The notes below the pieces were generated by a model. It was not told the DNA's origin. It was given only the letters and a program-made list of their open reading frames with translations, and searched no databases. A DNA stretch of 38,733 bases from a virus (taxonomy: Duplodnaviria; Heunggongvirae; Uroviricota; Caudoviricetes), in the IMG/VR virus record IMGVR_UViG_2698536454_000017. The stretch is one strand, 5' to 3'. Shown in pieces: positions 1-7,975 of this stretch. Positions within the stretch are counted from its first letter, which is position 1. Every line of letters begins with the position of its first letter. The translations under genes and the position numbers were made by a program.

Positions 1-336
1 TTCACGCTGCTCGTTGAGTTTTGATTTTGCTGCTTCAAGCTCAACGCGCAGCTTCCCTACCGTTAGCGCAATATCCTCGTTCTCCTGGTCGCGGCGTTTG
101 ATGTATTGCTGGTTTCTTTCCAGCTCATCCAGCAGCGCCCGAACTACATCAGCGGTTTTCTGGCACTGGTCAACAATGCTAACGTCACAACCAGTATCGA
201 AACCGTCCTCAGTTTCAAAGCGGAGCTCTACAGAGTCGCCGTCGATATCAGATGGTTCGAACCCGGCAATGTTTTCCAGAATGCCGATTATGCTTTCTGC
301 GCTATGACGTAATGCGCGTTTGTCGATGTTGCTCAT
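1..336 (-). CDS. hypothetical early-operon protein, partial (ATG at 336-334, open to window start; 112 codons visible, coiled-coil-like C-terminal part)
   Basis: Hand translation of minus strand from ATG 336..334 is open through position 1 (MSNIDKRALRHSAESIIG...); GGAGG SD upstream; ATGA overlap with stop of upstream gene. Confidence 0.5.
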   Translation of the reverse strand, partial: MSNIDKRALRHSAESIIGILENIAGFEPSDIDGDSVELRFETEDGFDTGCDVSIVDQCQKTADVVRALLDELERNQQYIKRRDQENEDIALTVGKLRVELEAAKSKLNEQRE

Positions 337-614
337 TGGGCGGCCTCCGGTATTTTTCTTGCGCTGAATTGAGGTACATGTTCCATTTCAACCGTGAATA
401 CACCTACGCTCTCACCGTCAATGAATAGCTCGATATCCAACGGCCAGTCAGATTCCAAGCCGTCATGATTGTCAAAATAATCAAGGGAGGCATCCTGAGA
501 CAAGCATTCCAATTCCCACTCAGAAATGAGCTCATCGATGTGTCGAGGATCGAGAAAAAACGCATCCTCAGGAAACGTGCCTGCATCTCTAACTACGTAC
601 TGGATTACGCTCAT
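333..614 (-). CDS. hypothetical phage protein (93 aa)
   Basis: ORF 333..656 trimmed to ATG 614..612 preceded by AGGAGG; ATGA overlap with upstream gene stop. Confidence 0.5.
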   Translation of the reverse strand: MSVIQYVVRDAGTFPEDAFFLDPRHIDELISEWELECLSQDASLDYFDNHDGLESDWPLDIELFIDGESVGVFTVEMEHVPQFSARKIPEAAQ

Positions 615-1054
615 TGGTTGCCTCCTTTGCGAAGCTGGGCAGCAATACTTACGCATATCTCTGCGCCTCTAATCAGCCCCGGAACGTTCTTGTTTGGCCC
701 AACTTCACCATCAACAAAATCAATCATCGCGTTACGAGCCATCTCCACACCCTGCGCCCGCACTTCAGCCAGGAAGGCGTCGGTGGCTGGGGTTCCCTCT
801 ACCACTAACCCTACTGGAGCTAGATATTCTTTCATCCCCGCATTCTCCACAGCCAGCGCCGCGCACTTGGCCTCAAGGTTATCAATCGTGATTCCAGCAG
901 AACGACACTCACGCAACGCTGTTTCTAGTTTTGATTCAAGTTCACCGAACTTACGCACCAGATATTCAGCGTTTGTTTCGTTAACCTTTAAATCACTTGG
1001 GATGCATTTACCTTTCAGAAATCCATCCATCTCAATTAGTGACATTTGTTTCAT
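611..1054 (-). CDS. hypothetical phage protein (147 aa)
   Basis: ORF 611..1072 (GTG in track) trimmed to ATG 1054..1052 with GGAG/GGGAAG upstream. Confidence 0.5.
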   Translation of the reverse strand: MKQMSLIEMDGFLKGKCIPSDLKVNETNAEYLVRKFGELESKLETALRECRSAGITIDNLEAKCAALAVENAGMKEYLAPVGLVVEGTPATDAFLAEVRAQGVEMARNAMIDFVDGEVGPNKNVPGLIRGAEICVSIAAQLRKGGNQ

Positions 1055-1120
1055 TTCTTCCCACTCCGCCACATCGCATTCAGATATTTGTTTTGATTCA
1101 CTGATGGAAAAGAATTTCTC

Positions 1121-1501
1121 TTAAGCAATTCCTCTCTCGATGGCATTGGCTTTACGCGTTGGCGAATAATCATTTCTGCCGGAAGAATGCCGGGATTGTA
1201 TGCAAGACCTCTCATGATTTACTCTCCACGAACTGGTCAATAGCCATGCTAGTGACACACCTAAAGTCTCGATATGCTGCTGAATATCCTGTAGCGTCTG
1301 CGCCTGAGATAACAGGATTTCACGGTTGCATAACTCTTTAACCAGATGCTCAAACTTGCTGTAATAACCGATACGGCTTAGTGTTTCTTTCCCTGCATTC
1401 TCGCCTTCTTTGATAATTCCTCTTTCGCTAAGAATCAGATCGTGTTTTGTTCCGGTAATAACGTATTTTCCGAGGTCGATGTTTAGCTTCATTGTTTTCA
1501 T
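1121..1501 (-). CDS. hypothetical phage protein (126 aa)
   Basis: ORF 1121..1651 trimmed to ATG 1501..1499 ([11 protein letters not shown]...) with GAGGAA SD 6 nt upstream; upstream gene stops at 1512. Confidence 0.45.
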   Translation of the reverse strand: MKTMKLNIDLGKYVITGTKHDLILSERGIIKEGENAGKETLSRIGYYSKFEHLVKELCNREILLSQAQTLQDIQQHIETLGVSLAWLLTSSWRVNHERSCIQSRHSSGRNDYSPTRKANAIERGIA

Positions 1502-1511
1502 TGTTAATTCC

Positions 1512-1805
1512 TCAGTCATTACTGATAGCGCCATAGCGTGAGCGGTAATTACGCAGGCGCGGGTCGATTTCAGGGAAGTGGGTATATGTGGCTTTGCGGA
1601 ATGGTCGGATTGATGTCTGGTAAATTCGCTCTCGTTCTTCTTTCTCTGCAAGCCATATGCAGTGGCGAAACTCCTTTTCCTCTTTCGTTTCCTGCGGTAG
1701 AGACATTATTCGATCGTAGTTTTTTCTGAATTTATCCAGCACCTCCGATACGGAATTGCCGGAACAGCGGCGCGGGTCATCCGCACCATACAGAGGCGCT
1801 GGCAT
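1512..1805 (-). CDS. hypothetical phage protein (97 aa); position and size compatible with an Abc2-like anti-RecBCD protein but not verified
   Basis: ATG at 1805..1803 with AAGGA SD; tightly packed in early-left operon downstream of erf. Confidence 0.45.
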   Translation of the reverse strand: MPAPLYGADDPRRCSGNSVSEVLDKFRKNYDRIMSLPQETKEEKEFRHCIWLAEKEERERIYQTSIRPFRKATYTHFPEIDPRLRNYRSRYGAISND

Positions 1806-1828
1806 AATGGAATCCTTATTTTGCTAAT

Positions 1829-2213
1829 CTAGAAGGGAATTGAATCGTCGTATTCAGGATGATTTTGATGATTGCTACTTTGCTGCTGTTGGCTGTTTCC
1901 TGAAGTTGCAAATCCAATCTTTGCATTCAGTAATTCAAGAGTGATTGATTGACCATTTTGCCCCTGATAAACATCAACCCTGATGTTTTCTCCGGTAATT
2001 TCCACAATGCCACCTTCAACAAGAACACTACGGTAGTAATCCGCTTGCGCTCCCGGCTTGGCAAATACAACGGCGCTGTAGTTTGTCCATTCTTTCTTTT
2101 TTTGTCTGGCGATCGTAATACTGAACGCCAGCACGGATGTTGAATCCGATATTTTCCCCGGCCTGAAACTCTCTTGCGGGCTTGTTTAGTCTTACAGTAA
2201 TCGAATGTGCCAT
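1829..2213 (-). pseudogene. SSB-like (lambda Ea10-type) single-strand DNA-binding protein gene split by a +1 frameshift in a 7-nt homopolymer
   Basis: N-terminal frame (ATG 2213..2211, MAHSITVRLNKPAREFQAGENIGF...) and C-terminal frame (ORF 1829..2134 ending ...PEYDDSIPF, an SSB-type acidic tip) both read through the T7 run at 2097-2103; removing one base joins them into one ORF of about 127 aa. Confidence 0.5.
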
Positions 2214-2818
2214 TAAGCAGCCGCTCCTTCTAATTCGTCTCGTCTGGTGTTGTAAACGTCCTGTGCTTTGTGCTGCTCCGGTGTGCCTTCGAGCATCTTC
2301 CACGCTTTGGCGAACGCCTGTTTAAGCTCTTCTACGGTGTTTTTCTGCAATGCTGCGTCAGTGAATGCTTTTAGAACCTGTTCAGGTGTAGGTGATGGTT
2401 TTGATTGCTTTGCTGCTGCGTTCTGCTGATGTTTATGCTCGTCGGTATCTGCATCTTTCGCATCATCAATGCCGAACAAACCATTGAGGCAATACTTGCG
2501 TGCATAAGAGCTTGTAGCTCCCGTAACTTGTGCAGAATCCATTCCTTTCTTGCTTTCTTCCTCTCGTGCAAGAGCGGTTGCCGTATGGCTGTTTTCGCCA
2601 TCGGTAATAGTTGCCGTGGCTTTCACGTAATACCGATCACCAATCAGCACAACTTCATCGCTGATTGATAAAAACAGGCCATTCAGTAACGGCTTAACGC
2701 CTTCAAGAATGTCTTCGCAGCTTCTGTATTTATATTTGCCGAATGAGTTGTACTGATTCTTTGGCGCGTTCAGATTCTCCTGAATAGCTGCCAGTCTTGC
2801 GTAAAATTCTTTGCTCAT
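2213..2818 (-). CDS. erf: Erf-family single-strand annealing recombinase
   Basis: N-terminus MSKEFYARLAAIQENLNAPKNQYNSFGKYKYRSCEDILEGVKPLL matches recalled P22 Erf; first ATG at 2818 (track start 2848 is TTG). Confidence 0.8.
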   Translation of the reverse strand: MSKEFYARLAAIQENLNAPKNQYNSFGKYKYRSCEDILEGVKPLLNGLFLSISDEVVLIGDRYYVKATATITDGENSHTATALAREEESKKGMDSAQVTGATSSYARKYCLNGLFGIDDAKDADTDEHKHQQNAAAKQSKPSPTPEQVLKAFTDAALQKNTVEELKQAFAKAWKMLEGTPEQHKAQDVYNTRRDELEGAAA

Positions 2819-2899
2819 ATGATTGTTCTCAGAATGGACATGGCCCAAGGAAATAACGCTGATTTAATACTTCGACTCGGGACAAATTAAGGCATACCC

Positions 2900-4200
2900 G
2901 CATTCCTTCGCGGTCGCCATTATGGCGATACCAGAGAGCTTTCTGCGTGTACATGCGTCTCTGTAACTTGCTCTCCTTCACTGTGGTTGCAAGTGACATG
3001 CATATCTCCTTCGTTACCGATTAATTCTTTCATCTGACGAATGAATTCTTTGTCTGACCAGTTATCTTTGACATCCTCCACGCCCTAAAGGGCGTGGATT
3101 CCTCCTTCGAGACGGCGATGTCCCGCCGCGAGAATGTTCTTTGCCGCGTTTACGTCGCGGTCGTGGAGTTCACCACATTCCACGCAGATCCATTCTCTTA
3201 TTCCAAGGCCTACCCTACCCTTCGGACTACTGCAGCTAATAGCTCCGCAGCACGAGCAAGTCTGGGTGGTGTACGCTTCATCTACGACCTCAAAAACCAC
3301 ACTCCGCGCAATCGCTTTATACTGAATCTGATTTTTTAGCTGACACCAGCCGGCGTCGTAGATACTTTTTGCCAAATTTGTTTTTGATAACTTTTTACTG
3401 CTTACGTCGCCTACAAAAATAGCGGCGTATTTATTAACCAGCGCCGTAGAAAACTTATGGTGTGCATCTTTACGGCGATTTTTGATTTTTGCGTGGATAG
3501 CTCTAACACGTTTTTTATTATGGGCACGTTGAGCAATTTTTAATTTGCCTTCTAATTCACGATACCAACGTTTAGCAGGAAGTTTTTCACCATCCGAAGT
3601 GGTGGCAATGTCTTTCAGACCAAGATCGATACCCACGTCGGCAGTGCCTTTAGTTGGTTCGCATTCGTATTCAACTGCAACATTGAAATACCAGCGACCG
3701 CGCGCATCTTCTGCAAAGTTACCAGCACGGAATTTAAAGCCATTTAATCCATAGCTATCCCACACTTTGAAATAGTGCCCGGCAAACTTGATGCAGCCGT
3801 TTACCCATTTCACTTGAGCACCTTTGAACGGAACCCAACCAAGACTACGCCCAGCACCGCCACTTTTACGCCAGCGCAGCTTACTGCGTTTAAACTGTTT
3901 ACGCGCTTTAGCGTGATGTTTTGAGATTTCCTGACAAGTAGCTGCTTGTATGTGGTATCCGCGCTCCTTTTGAATACCAGCAATGCGTTTATCTACGTCA
4001 AATTCAGTTAACCAAACTCTTTGTTTTGGTCCGTATTCGCTGACAGTGCTGTATTCAGTCGCAGTCATTTCATTGATAAAGTTAAAAACTTGGTTCACTT
4101 CAAAGGCCATCTGACGCAACAAGGCGGCGTGGCGGTCTTTGACGCGTACCTGCAATGTTTTAGTCTGAATAGCCATTTACTTGCTCCCCTTATTGGTAAA
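2900..4200 (-). mobile_element. IS200/IS605-family insertion element carrying tnpB only (IS1341-like); ends approximate
   Basis: Intact tnpB with no Y1 HUH transposase nearby; perfect hairpin at tnpB stop; located in intergenic position upstream of erf; exact left and right ends not determinable without comparison. Confidence 0.5.
3085..4176 (-). CDS. tnpB: TnpB (IS605 OrfB-family RuvC-like RNA-guided endonuclease), 363 aa
   Basis: Motifs GIDLGLKDIATTSDGEKL (RuvC-I), TTQTCSCCG...CVECG zinc finger, HDRDVNAAKNIL (RuvC-III); GGGGAG SD 7 nt before ATG 4176. Confidence 0.85.
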   Translation of the reverse strand: MAIQTKTLQVRVKDRHAALLRQMAFEVNQVFNFINEMTATEYSTVSEYGPKQRVWLTEFDVDKRIAGIQKERGYHIQAATCQEISKHHAKARKQFKRSKLRWRKSGGAGRSLGWVPFKGAQVKWVNGCIKFAGHYFKVWDSYGLNGFKFRAGNFAEDARGRWYFNVAVEYECEPTKGTADVGIDLGLKDIATTSDGEKLPAKRWYRELEGKLKIAQRAHNKKRVRAIHAKIKNRRKDAHHKFSTALVNKYAAIFVGDVSSKKLSKTNLAKSIYDAGWCQLKNQIQYKAIARSVVFEVVDEAYTTQTCSCCGAISCSSPKGRVGLGIREWICVECGELHDRDVNAAKNILAAGHRRLEGGIHAL

Positions 4201-4202
4201 AC

Positions 4203-4373
4203 TCATGGACGGCCTTGTTGTTTCAAAATATCCCAAAGCTTTTCGAGCAAGCTTTTCATTCTTGGTTGTTTAAAGTCTGCTCCGGTTAAAATATTTTTTC
4301 GTGAATGCTGTACCGATAAAATCGGGTTGAAAGGGCGAACCGATGCCGCCCCTGCAATAGCGAACTGTTGCAT
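4203..4373 (-). CDS. small hypothetical protein (56 aa) immediately upstream of tnpB
   Basis: ATG 4373..4371 preceded by GAAGGAG SD; below ORF-track size cutoff as trimmed. Confidence 0.3.
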   Translation of the reverse strand: MQQFAIAGAASVRPFNPILSVQHSRKNILTGADFKQPRMKSLLEKLWDILKQQGRP

Positions 4374-4400
4374 AGGATGCTCCTTCTGTTTGATTGCATA

Positions 4401-4463
4401 ACGAAAACGCCTCGAGTGAAGCGTTATTGGTATGCATATAAAAAGGCCCTCACACTGGAGGGC
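4401..4463 (-). terminator. two tandem hairpins followed by T-runs on the minus strand (tL-like terminators)
   Basis: Minus-strand reading: AACGC-N10-GCGTT then TTTCGTT (4406-4425), and GCCCTC-N6-GAGGGC then CTTTTTAT (4446-4463 plus T-run at 4436-4445). Confidence 0.4.
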
Positions 4464-4557
4464 AAAGAAGATTTCCAATAATCAGAACAAGTCGGCTCCT
4501 GTTTAGTTACGAGCGACATTGCTCACATAGCAGACTCGTAAATCTGCTATAGGCGCT

Positions 4558-4716
4558 TATTCGCATCGCATGACAACATCAAATTTTTCGAGATTACTTT
4601 GTCGCAACAATCCTTCTTCTACGCGGTCAGGTTTTCTATAATTATCAAATTCGAAATGTTTGATTACTTCTTTCGTTTCTCGCTCTATAACTTCAACAAT
4701 GTATTTCTTATTCATC
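4558..4716 (-). CDS. small hypothetical protein (52 aa)
   Basis: Hand translation MNKKYIVEVIERETKEVIKHFEFDNYRKPDRVEEGLLRQSNLEKFDVVMRCE, GGGGAAG upstream, stop TAA at 4560-4558. Confidence 0.3.
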
Positions 4717-4778
4717 ATTCTTCCCCAAGAGCTTTGCTAATTGCTGACTGTGCTTTCGATACTTCATCAGGATAATGG

Positions 4779-5171
4779 TCATTCCAGCTTTGCTTGTATG
4801 CCTTGTTTAGCATCGCTCAGTGGGATATCTCCTTCAGTTCTGACCATTCGCCTTAATACTTTCCTTAAGTCGATGTAAAGTTGAAGGTCTCCATTTGCTG
4901 CGGCATCAGCCATTTTTTGCCTGACAAGCAGTAATGTTTCATACGGCTCAATAAGAATATCGTCATGAGTAATTAGGTGAAGCGTTGCCGCATCAACTAT
5001 TCCTAGAGCTGCGCCAAGTATCAAAAATTCCCTGCTATTTTTGTCGCATGAGGAGATAAGCGTATTTAGCGCATACCTAATATTATTTATAGCTGTTGTT
5101 AATGCTGCAATTTCTTCTATGGCGTCTTCTTCAATGAGCTTTTTAAGCTCATATTTTTCTTCCTGACCCAT
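4779..5171 (-). CDS. hypothetical phage protein (130 aa) directly downstream of N
   Basis: ORF 4779..5255 trimmed to ATG 5171..5169 with GAGG SD; N stop at 5174. Confidence 0.5.
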   Translation of the reverse strand: MGQEEKYELKKLIEEDAIEEIAALTTAINNIRYALNTLISSCDKNSREFLILGAALGIVDAATLHLITHDDILIEPYETLLLVRQKMADAAANGDLQLYIDLRKVLRRMVRTEGDIPLSDAKQGIQAKLE

Positions 5172-5173
5172 AA

Positions 5174-5446
5174 TTACCTCGCCGTCAGTTGTTTTGATTT
5201 CCGGTAGCCTGCCGCGTAAATGGCTACGTTTGGCAGGCAAATACTTCCACTGCATTCATCTGCCTTCTTGCAGCGAAGGCTTCCGAGTGATGCTGCTTTG
5301 TCTGCTCTGACGCAACCAGAGAGCTTTAGCGCAATTTTTCGCGCCAGTCGCTGTTCTTGCATTGCCTGTTCACGTTGAGCCTGTCTGCGTGCTCTGCGGC
5401 GATTTCTGGCGTTATCGTCAGCCAGATATGTAATGACTACTGTCAT
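5174..5446 (-). CDS. N: N-like transcription antitermination protein (90 aa)
   Basis: N-terminal arginine-rich motif DNARNRRRARRQAQREQ typical of lambdoid N proteins; GGAGGT SD; nutL upstream and nutR after cro. Confidence 0.7.
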   Translation of the reverse strand: MTVVITYLADDNARNRRRARRQAQREQAMQEQRLARKIALKLSGCVRADKAASLGSLRCKKADECSGSICLPNVAIYAAGYRKSKQLTAR

Positions 5447-5889
5447 GTTGACCTCCGATGATTGACTTTGGTGATTGGATGGCCGGTGCTGAATTCCGGC
5501 TTACTGGTTAGAGCGCCCGCACTACCAGTGACGCTGTCTTGAGGCGCAGATTGGTTACTGCTTGCCATGAGCGCTGTTTATACATTGGTCGAGCATCAGC
5601 CTGCTCATTCATCCAATCCCAAAGCCAACTACTCTTTGACTCACACTCTCGCAGTGAGCGCGCTCATGCCCTTGAGTCTCTGCCGCTTCATCGCCGCTGA
5701 TAACCGGTGCGCGTCTGGCATTCGCGCTGCTTTACCGGAGCTACTTTTAATATATTGACCCTAACCCGATGCTAAGCAGGCTCGCTCAATGGCGACTCAG
5801 GGCAGCATCATTACTGCTGCATTTCCTTTCGGCTGCGGTCTAACCGCGTTAGTGCACCATTACGGCACCTCCTGTTTGGTTAAACTCAG

Positions 5890-5932
5890 TTCCCGCATTT
5901 CGGCGGGACAATCCCATCAATGTTAAAGAGCC
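5890..5932 (-). promoter_or_regulatory. nutL (boxA + boxB) on the leftward transcript
   Basis: Minus-strand GCTCTTTAACA (boxA) then 11 nt then TCCCGC-CGAAAT-GCGGGA hairpin, same loop and stem as the nutR boxB at 7585-7606. Confidence 0.55.
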
Positions 5933-5977
5933 TGCCAATCTGTTCCGTTTGGCTTCCAGCGTCCTGCTGATGGCTAA

Positions 5978-6006
5978 AGAATACTGTAGGTATTTTATTG
6001 TGTAAA
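5978..6006 (-). promoter_or_regulatory. PL-like promoter (minus strand -35 TTTACA, 17-bp spacer, -10 TATTCT)
   Basis: Hexamers read on minus strand; overlapped by operator sites at 5980-5994 and 6005-6019; about 40 nt upstream of nutL boxA. Confidence 0.5.
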
Positions 6007-6064
6007 TACCCAAGGTATTTATTTTTGATGAAATAATGATAAGCAAATGAATACAAAGGATATT
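5980..6064. promoter_or_regulatory. OL operator cluster: three 15-bp sites AATAC-N5-GTATT (third imperfect)
   Basis: 5980-5994 AATACtgtagGTATT; 6005-6019 AATACccaagGTATT; 6050-6064 AATACaaaggATATT. Confidence 0.5.
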
Positions 6065-6150
6065 TATTTTTTCGGTGTCTGCTTGTTCAGTGCTTTTTAT
6101 GCGGGATATGTGAAGTGGATCCCGATAGCTATTGCTGCCGGGATTATAGG

Positions 6151-6519
6151 TTAGTCAGCGAAGGTTAAGACGAGAATTACCTTAATGATATCTGCTACAA
6201 CAGACACGGCCATAGATAAACCAAAGACAATCCAAGCCATAGAGATGTCTTCACTACCATCGTATAGAGTTCCGTAATCACTGGTGTAAGGCGTAAATGT
6301 CGCGCCTTGATACAACAGGTATAAGCTTGAACCATAGAGGATAAATGCAGATATCCCTTGTATTGCTATGATCACTAGAATCATGAAACGAGCTGATCTA
6401 TGCGCCCAAGCCTGGCTTATTTTTTCTGATAGAGATTTCGCAATAAAAGCATGCGCTAAGCCGTAAATTGTCGAGATTGCCAACATCCCAAAAAAGCTTG
6501 CTATAGCGGTTCCAACCAT
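6151..6519 (-). CDS. small multi-pass membrane protein (122 aa) co-transcribed downstream of cI (rexB-like position)
   Basis: ATG 6519..6517 with AAGGGG SD, 18 bp after cI stop; three to four hydrophobic segments (e.g. FMILVIIAIQGISAFILYG, MAWIVFGLSMAVSVVADIIKVILVL). Confidence 0.6.
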   Translation of the reverse strand: MVGTAIASFFGMLAISTIYGLAHAFIAKSLSEKISQAWAHRSARFMILVIIAIQGISAFILYGSSLYLLYQGATFTPYTSDYGTLYDGSEDISMAWIVFGLSMAVSVVADIIKVILVLTFAD

Positions 6520-6536
6520 AATCGCCCCTTGCGTGA

Positions 6537-7253
6537 TCAAACCAGCCTTAGTTTTGTCTCAATTGCAACGCCTATAATCTTGCAGTTTCCATTGATTGGC
6601 ACGAGAGGCCATGCAGGATTAAGTCCCTTGAGGTATTTATTTCCGCCGTCGATTATCAGCTTCTTGAATGTTGCTTCGTTAGAGTCAGAAAGTTTTGCTA
6701 TGACCAAGCTGCCGTTGATCGCCTCCCTTCCGGTATCGAAAAGAACGAATGTTCCCTCTGGAATGCTTAACCCAACCGGTGCCGTCATTGAATCACCTTC
6801 CACTTTAAGCCAGAACGCATTACCTTGAATATGCGCGTCAGACTCAAGCCAAACATCTATGTCTTTAATGGTGTATGGTTCGCATGCTTCACACCACGAG
6901 CCAGCCTGGATACTGCTTAACACCGGATACCTCTTTCCTGCTCTGTATTCCCCTGCATACCTTACGTTGGCATCGCTCTTAAGGCTTTCTGCCTGTTCTG
7001 CAACCTTGGCAGCAATTGACTGGCTAAAATCAGCAATTGAGACTTGCAACAATCGTGCAAAACCAGATGCAACCTCAACGTTTAGCGCATTTCTGCCATT
7101 AAGATAATGCCCTACCGCTCCTTGGGTGATACCCAGTTCATCAGCGATTGAGTATTGGGTTATTCCCAATTCTTTCTTTTTTGACTCATACAAAGCCTTA
7201 AGCCGCTTAGCGTCTTCCAGCTGTTCTGTCGTCAGTGATTTTTTATTTTCCAT
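6537..7253 (-). CDS. cI: CI-type prophage repressor (HTH + S24/LexA-like autocleavage domain), 238 aa
   Basis: Strong resemblance to lambda CI (LTTEQLEDAKRLKALYESKKKELG..., FWLKVEGDSMTAP..., FKKLIIDGG); no SD before ATG 7253, consistent with a leaderless PRM transcript. Confidence 0.9.
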   Translation of the reverse strand: MENKKSLTTEQLEDAKRLKALYESKKKELGITQYSIADELGITQGAVGHYLNGRNALNVEVASGFARLLQVSIADFSQSIAAKVAEQAESLKSDANVRYAGEYRAGKRYPVLSSIQAGSWCEACEPYTIKDIDVWLESDAHIQGNAFWLKVEGDSMTAPVGLSIPEGTFVLFDTGREAINGSLVIAKLSDSNEATFKKLIIDGGNKYLKGLNPAWPLVPINGNCKIIGVAIETKLRLV

Positions 7254-7288
7254 AGCTTAATTCTAATAGCTAAGGTACTTAAACTAAA

Positions 7289-7328
7289 AATACCCTGAGT
7301 ATTGATTGCTTTGAATACCTGTAGTATT
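7289..7328. promoter_or_regulatory. OR operator sites (two clear 15-bp palindromes AATAC-N5-GTATT)
   Basis: 7289-7303 AATACcctgaGTATT; 7314-7328 AATACctgtaGTATT; same half-sites as OL. Confidence 0.5.
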
Positions 7329-7330
7329 CT
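7302..7330 (+). promoter_or_regulatory. PR-like promoter (-35 TTGATT 7302-7307, -10 TATTCT 7325-7330)
   Basis: 17-bp spacing; overlaps both OR sites; about 30 nt upstream of cro SD. Confidence 0.45.
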
Positions 7331-7359
7331 TTGTTCATGGTTAATAACGGAGAGTGCAT

Positions 7360-7554
7360 ATGATTCGAATGACACTTGCCGATTACGCCAAAATCCATGG
7401 ACAGGCTAAAGCAGCCAGTGACTTTGGTGTAATCCAGTGCGCTATCAGCAAGGCCATTCTGGCAGGCCGTAACATCATGGTTACGGTAAAGCCTGATGGC
7501 AGTGTGATTGGAGAGGAAGTTCGTCCTTTCCCAAGCAACAAGAAAAACAAATAG
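7360..7554 (+). CDS. cro: Cro repressor (64 aa)
   Basis: [24 protein letters not shown]...[10 protein letters not shown] resembles lambda Cro; GGAG SD 7 nt before ATG 7360 (track start 7354 is GTG). Confidence 0.8.
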   Translation: MIRMTLADYAKIHGQAKAASDFGVIQCAISKAILAGRNIMVTVKPDGSVIGEEVRPFPSNKKNK

Positions 7555-7560
7555 TAACAC

Positions 7561-7606
7561 CGCTCTTTAACAGTCATGGTCCTCATTCCCGCCGAAATGC
7601 GGGAAT
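7561..7606 (+). promoter_or_regulatory. nutR (boxA CGCTCTTTAACA + boxB hairpin)
   Basis: boxA 7561-7572 matches recalled lambdoid boxA consensus; boxB ATTCCCGC-CGAAAT-GCGGGAAT at 7585-7606. Confidence 0.6.
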
Positions 7607-7662
7607 ACAACGCGCATAAGTTGATGCGCATAACTTCTTATTAGTTAAGGAAATACTTACAT

Positions 7663-7941
7663 ATGCAACTTACAAGTACTCGCAAGAAAGCGAATGCAAT
7701 TACAAGCAACATCCTGAATCGAATTGCTGTACGTGGCCAGCGAAAGGTTGCTGACGCGTTAGGAATTAATGAATCGCAAATTTCGCGATGGAAAGACAGC
7801 TTCATCCCAAAAATGGGAATGCTTCTGGCTGTTCTTGAATGGGGTGTTGAAGACGAGGAGTTGGCGGAACTGGCTAAGAAAGTAGCCAGAATGCTGACAA
7901 AAGAAAAAGCCCCGAAGAACGGCAAATTCTTCGAGGCCTGA
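7663..7941 (+). CDS. cII: CII transcriptional activator (92 aa)
   Basis: [29 protein letters not shown]...[10 protein letters not shown] closely resembles lambda CII; upstream TTAAGGAAATACTTACATATG matches recalled lambda cII ribosome-binding region. Confidence 0.85.
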   Translation: MQLTSTRKKANAITSNILNRIAVRGQRKVADALGINESQISRWKDSFIPKMGMLLAVLEWGVEDEELAELAKKVARMLTKEKAPKNGKFFEA

Positions 7942-7975
7942 TGTAGAAAGACTGGATCAATCCACAGGAGTAATT

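Noticed and set aside
14-312. Plus-strand ORFs 14..307 and 106..312
   Set aside because: Antisense to the well-supported minus-strand partial gene (SD, ATGA coupling, open through window start); low-complexity Ser-rich translation.
3094-4401. Plus-strand ORFs 3094..3339, 3134..3325, 3545..3754, 4021..4401
   Set aside because: Lie antisense within the tnpB coding region; no SD; tnpB has clear catalytic motifs.
5567-6046. ORFs 5567..5758 (+) and 5849..6046 (-)
   Set aside because: Fall in the N leader / PL-OL regulatory region and overlap operator and nutL sites; no SD; more likely non-coding.
7254-7353. Search for lambda operator sequence (TATCACCGC-type) and a third OR site
   Set aside because: Lambda-type operators are absent; only two clean AATAC-N5-GTATT palindromes are present in OR; a nearby near-palindrome TAAGGTACTTA (7271-7281) does not match the half-site and is left uncalled.
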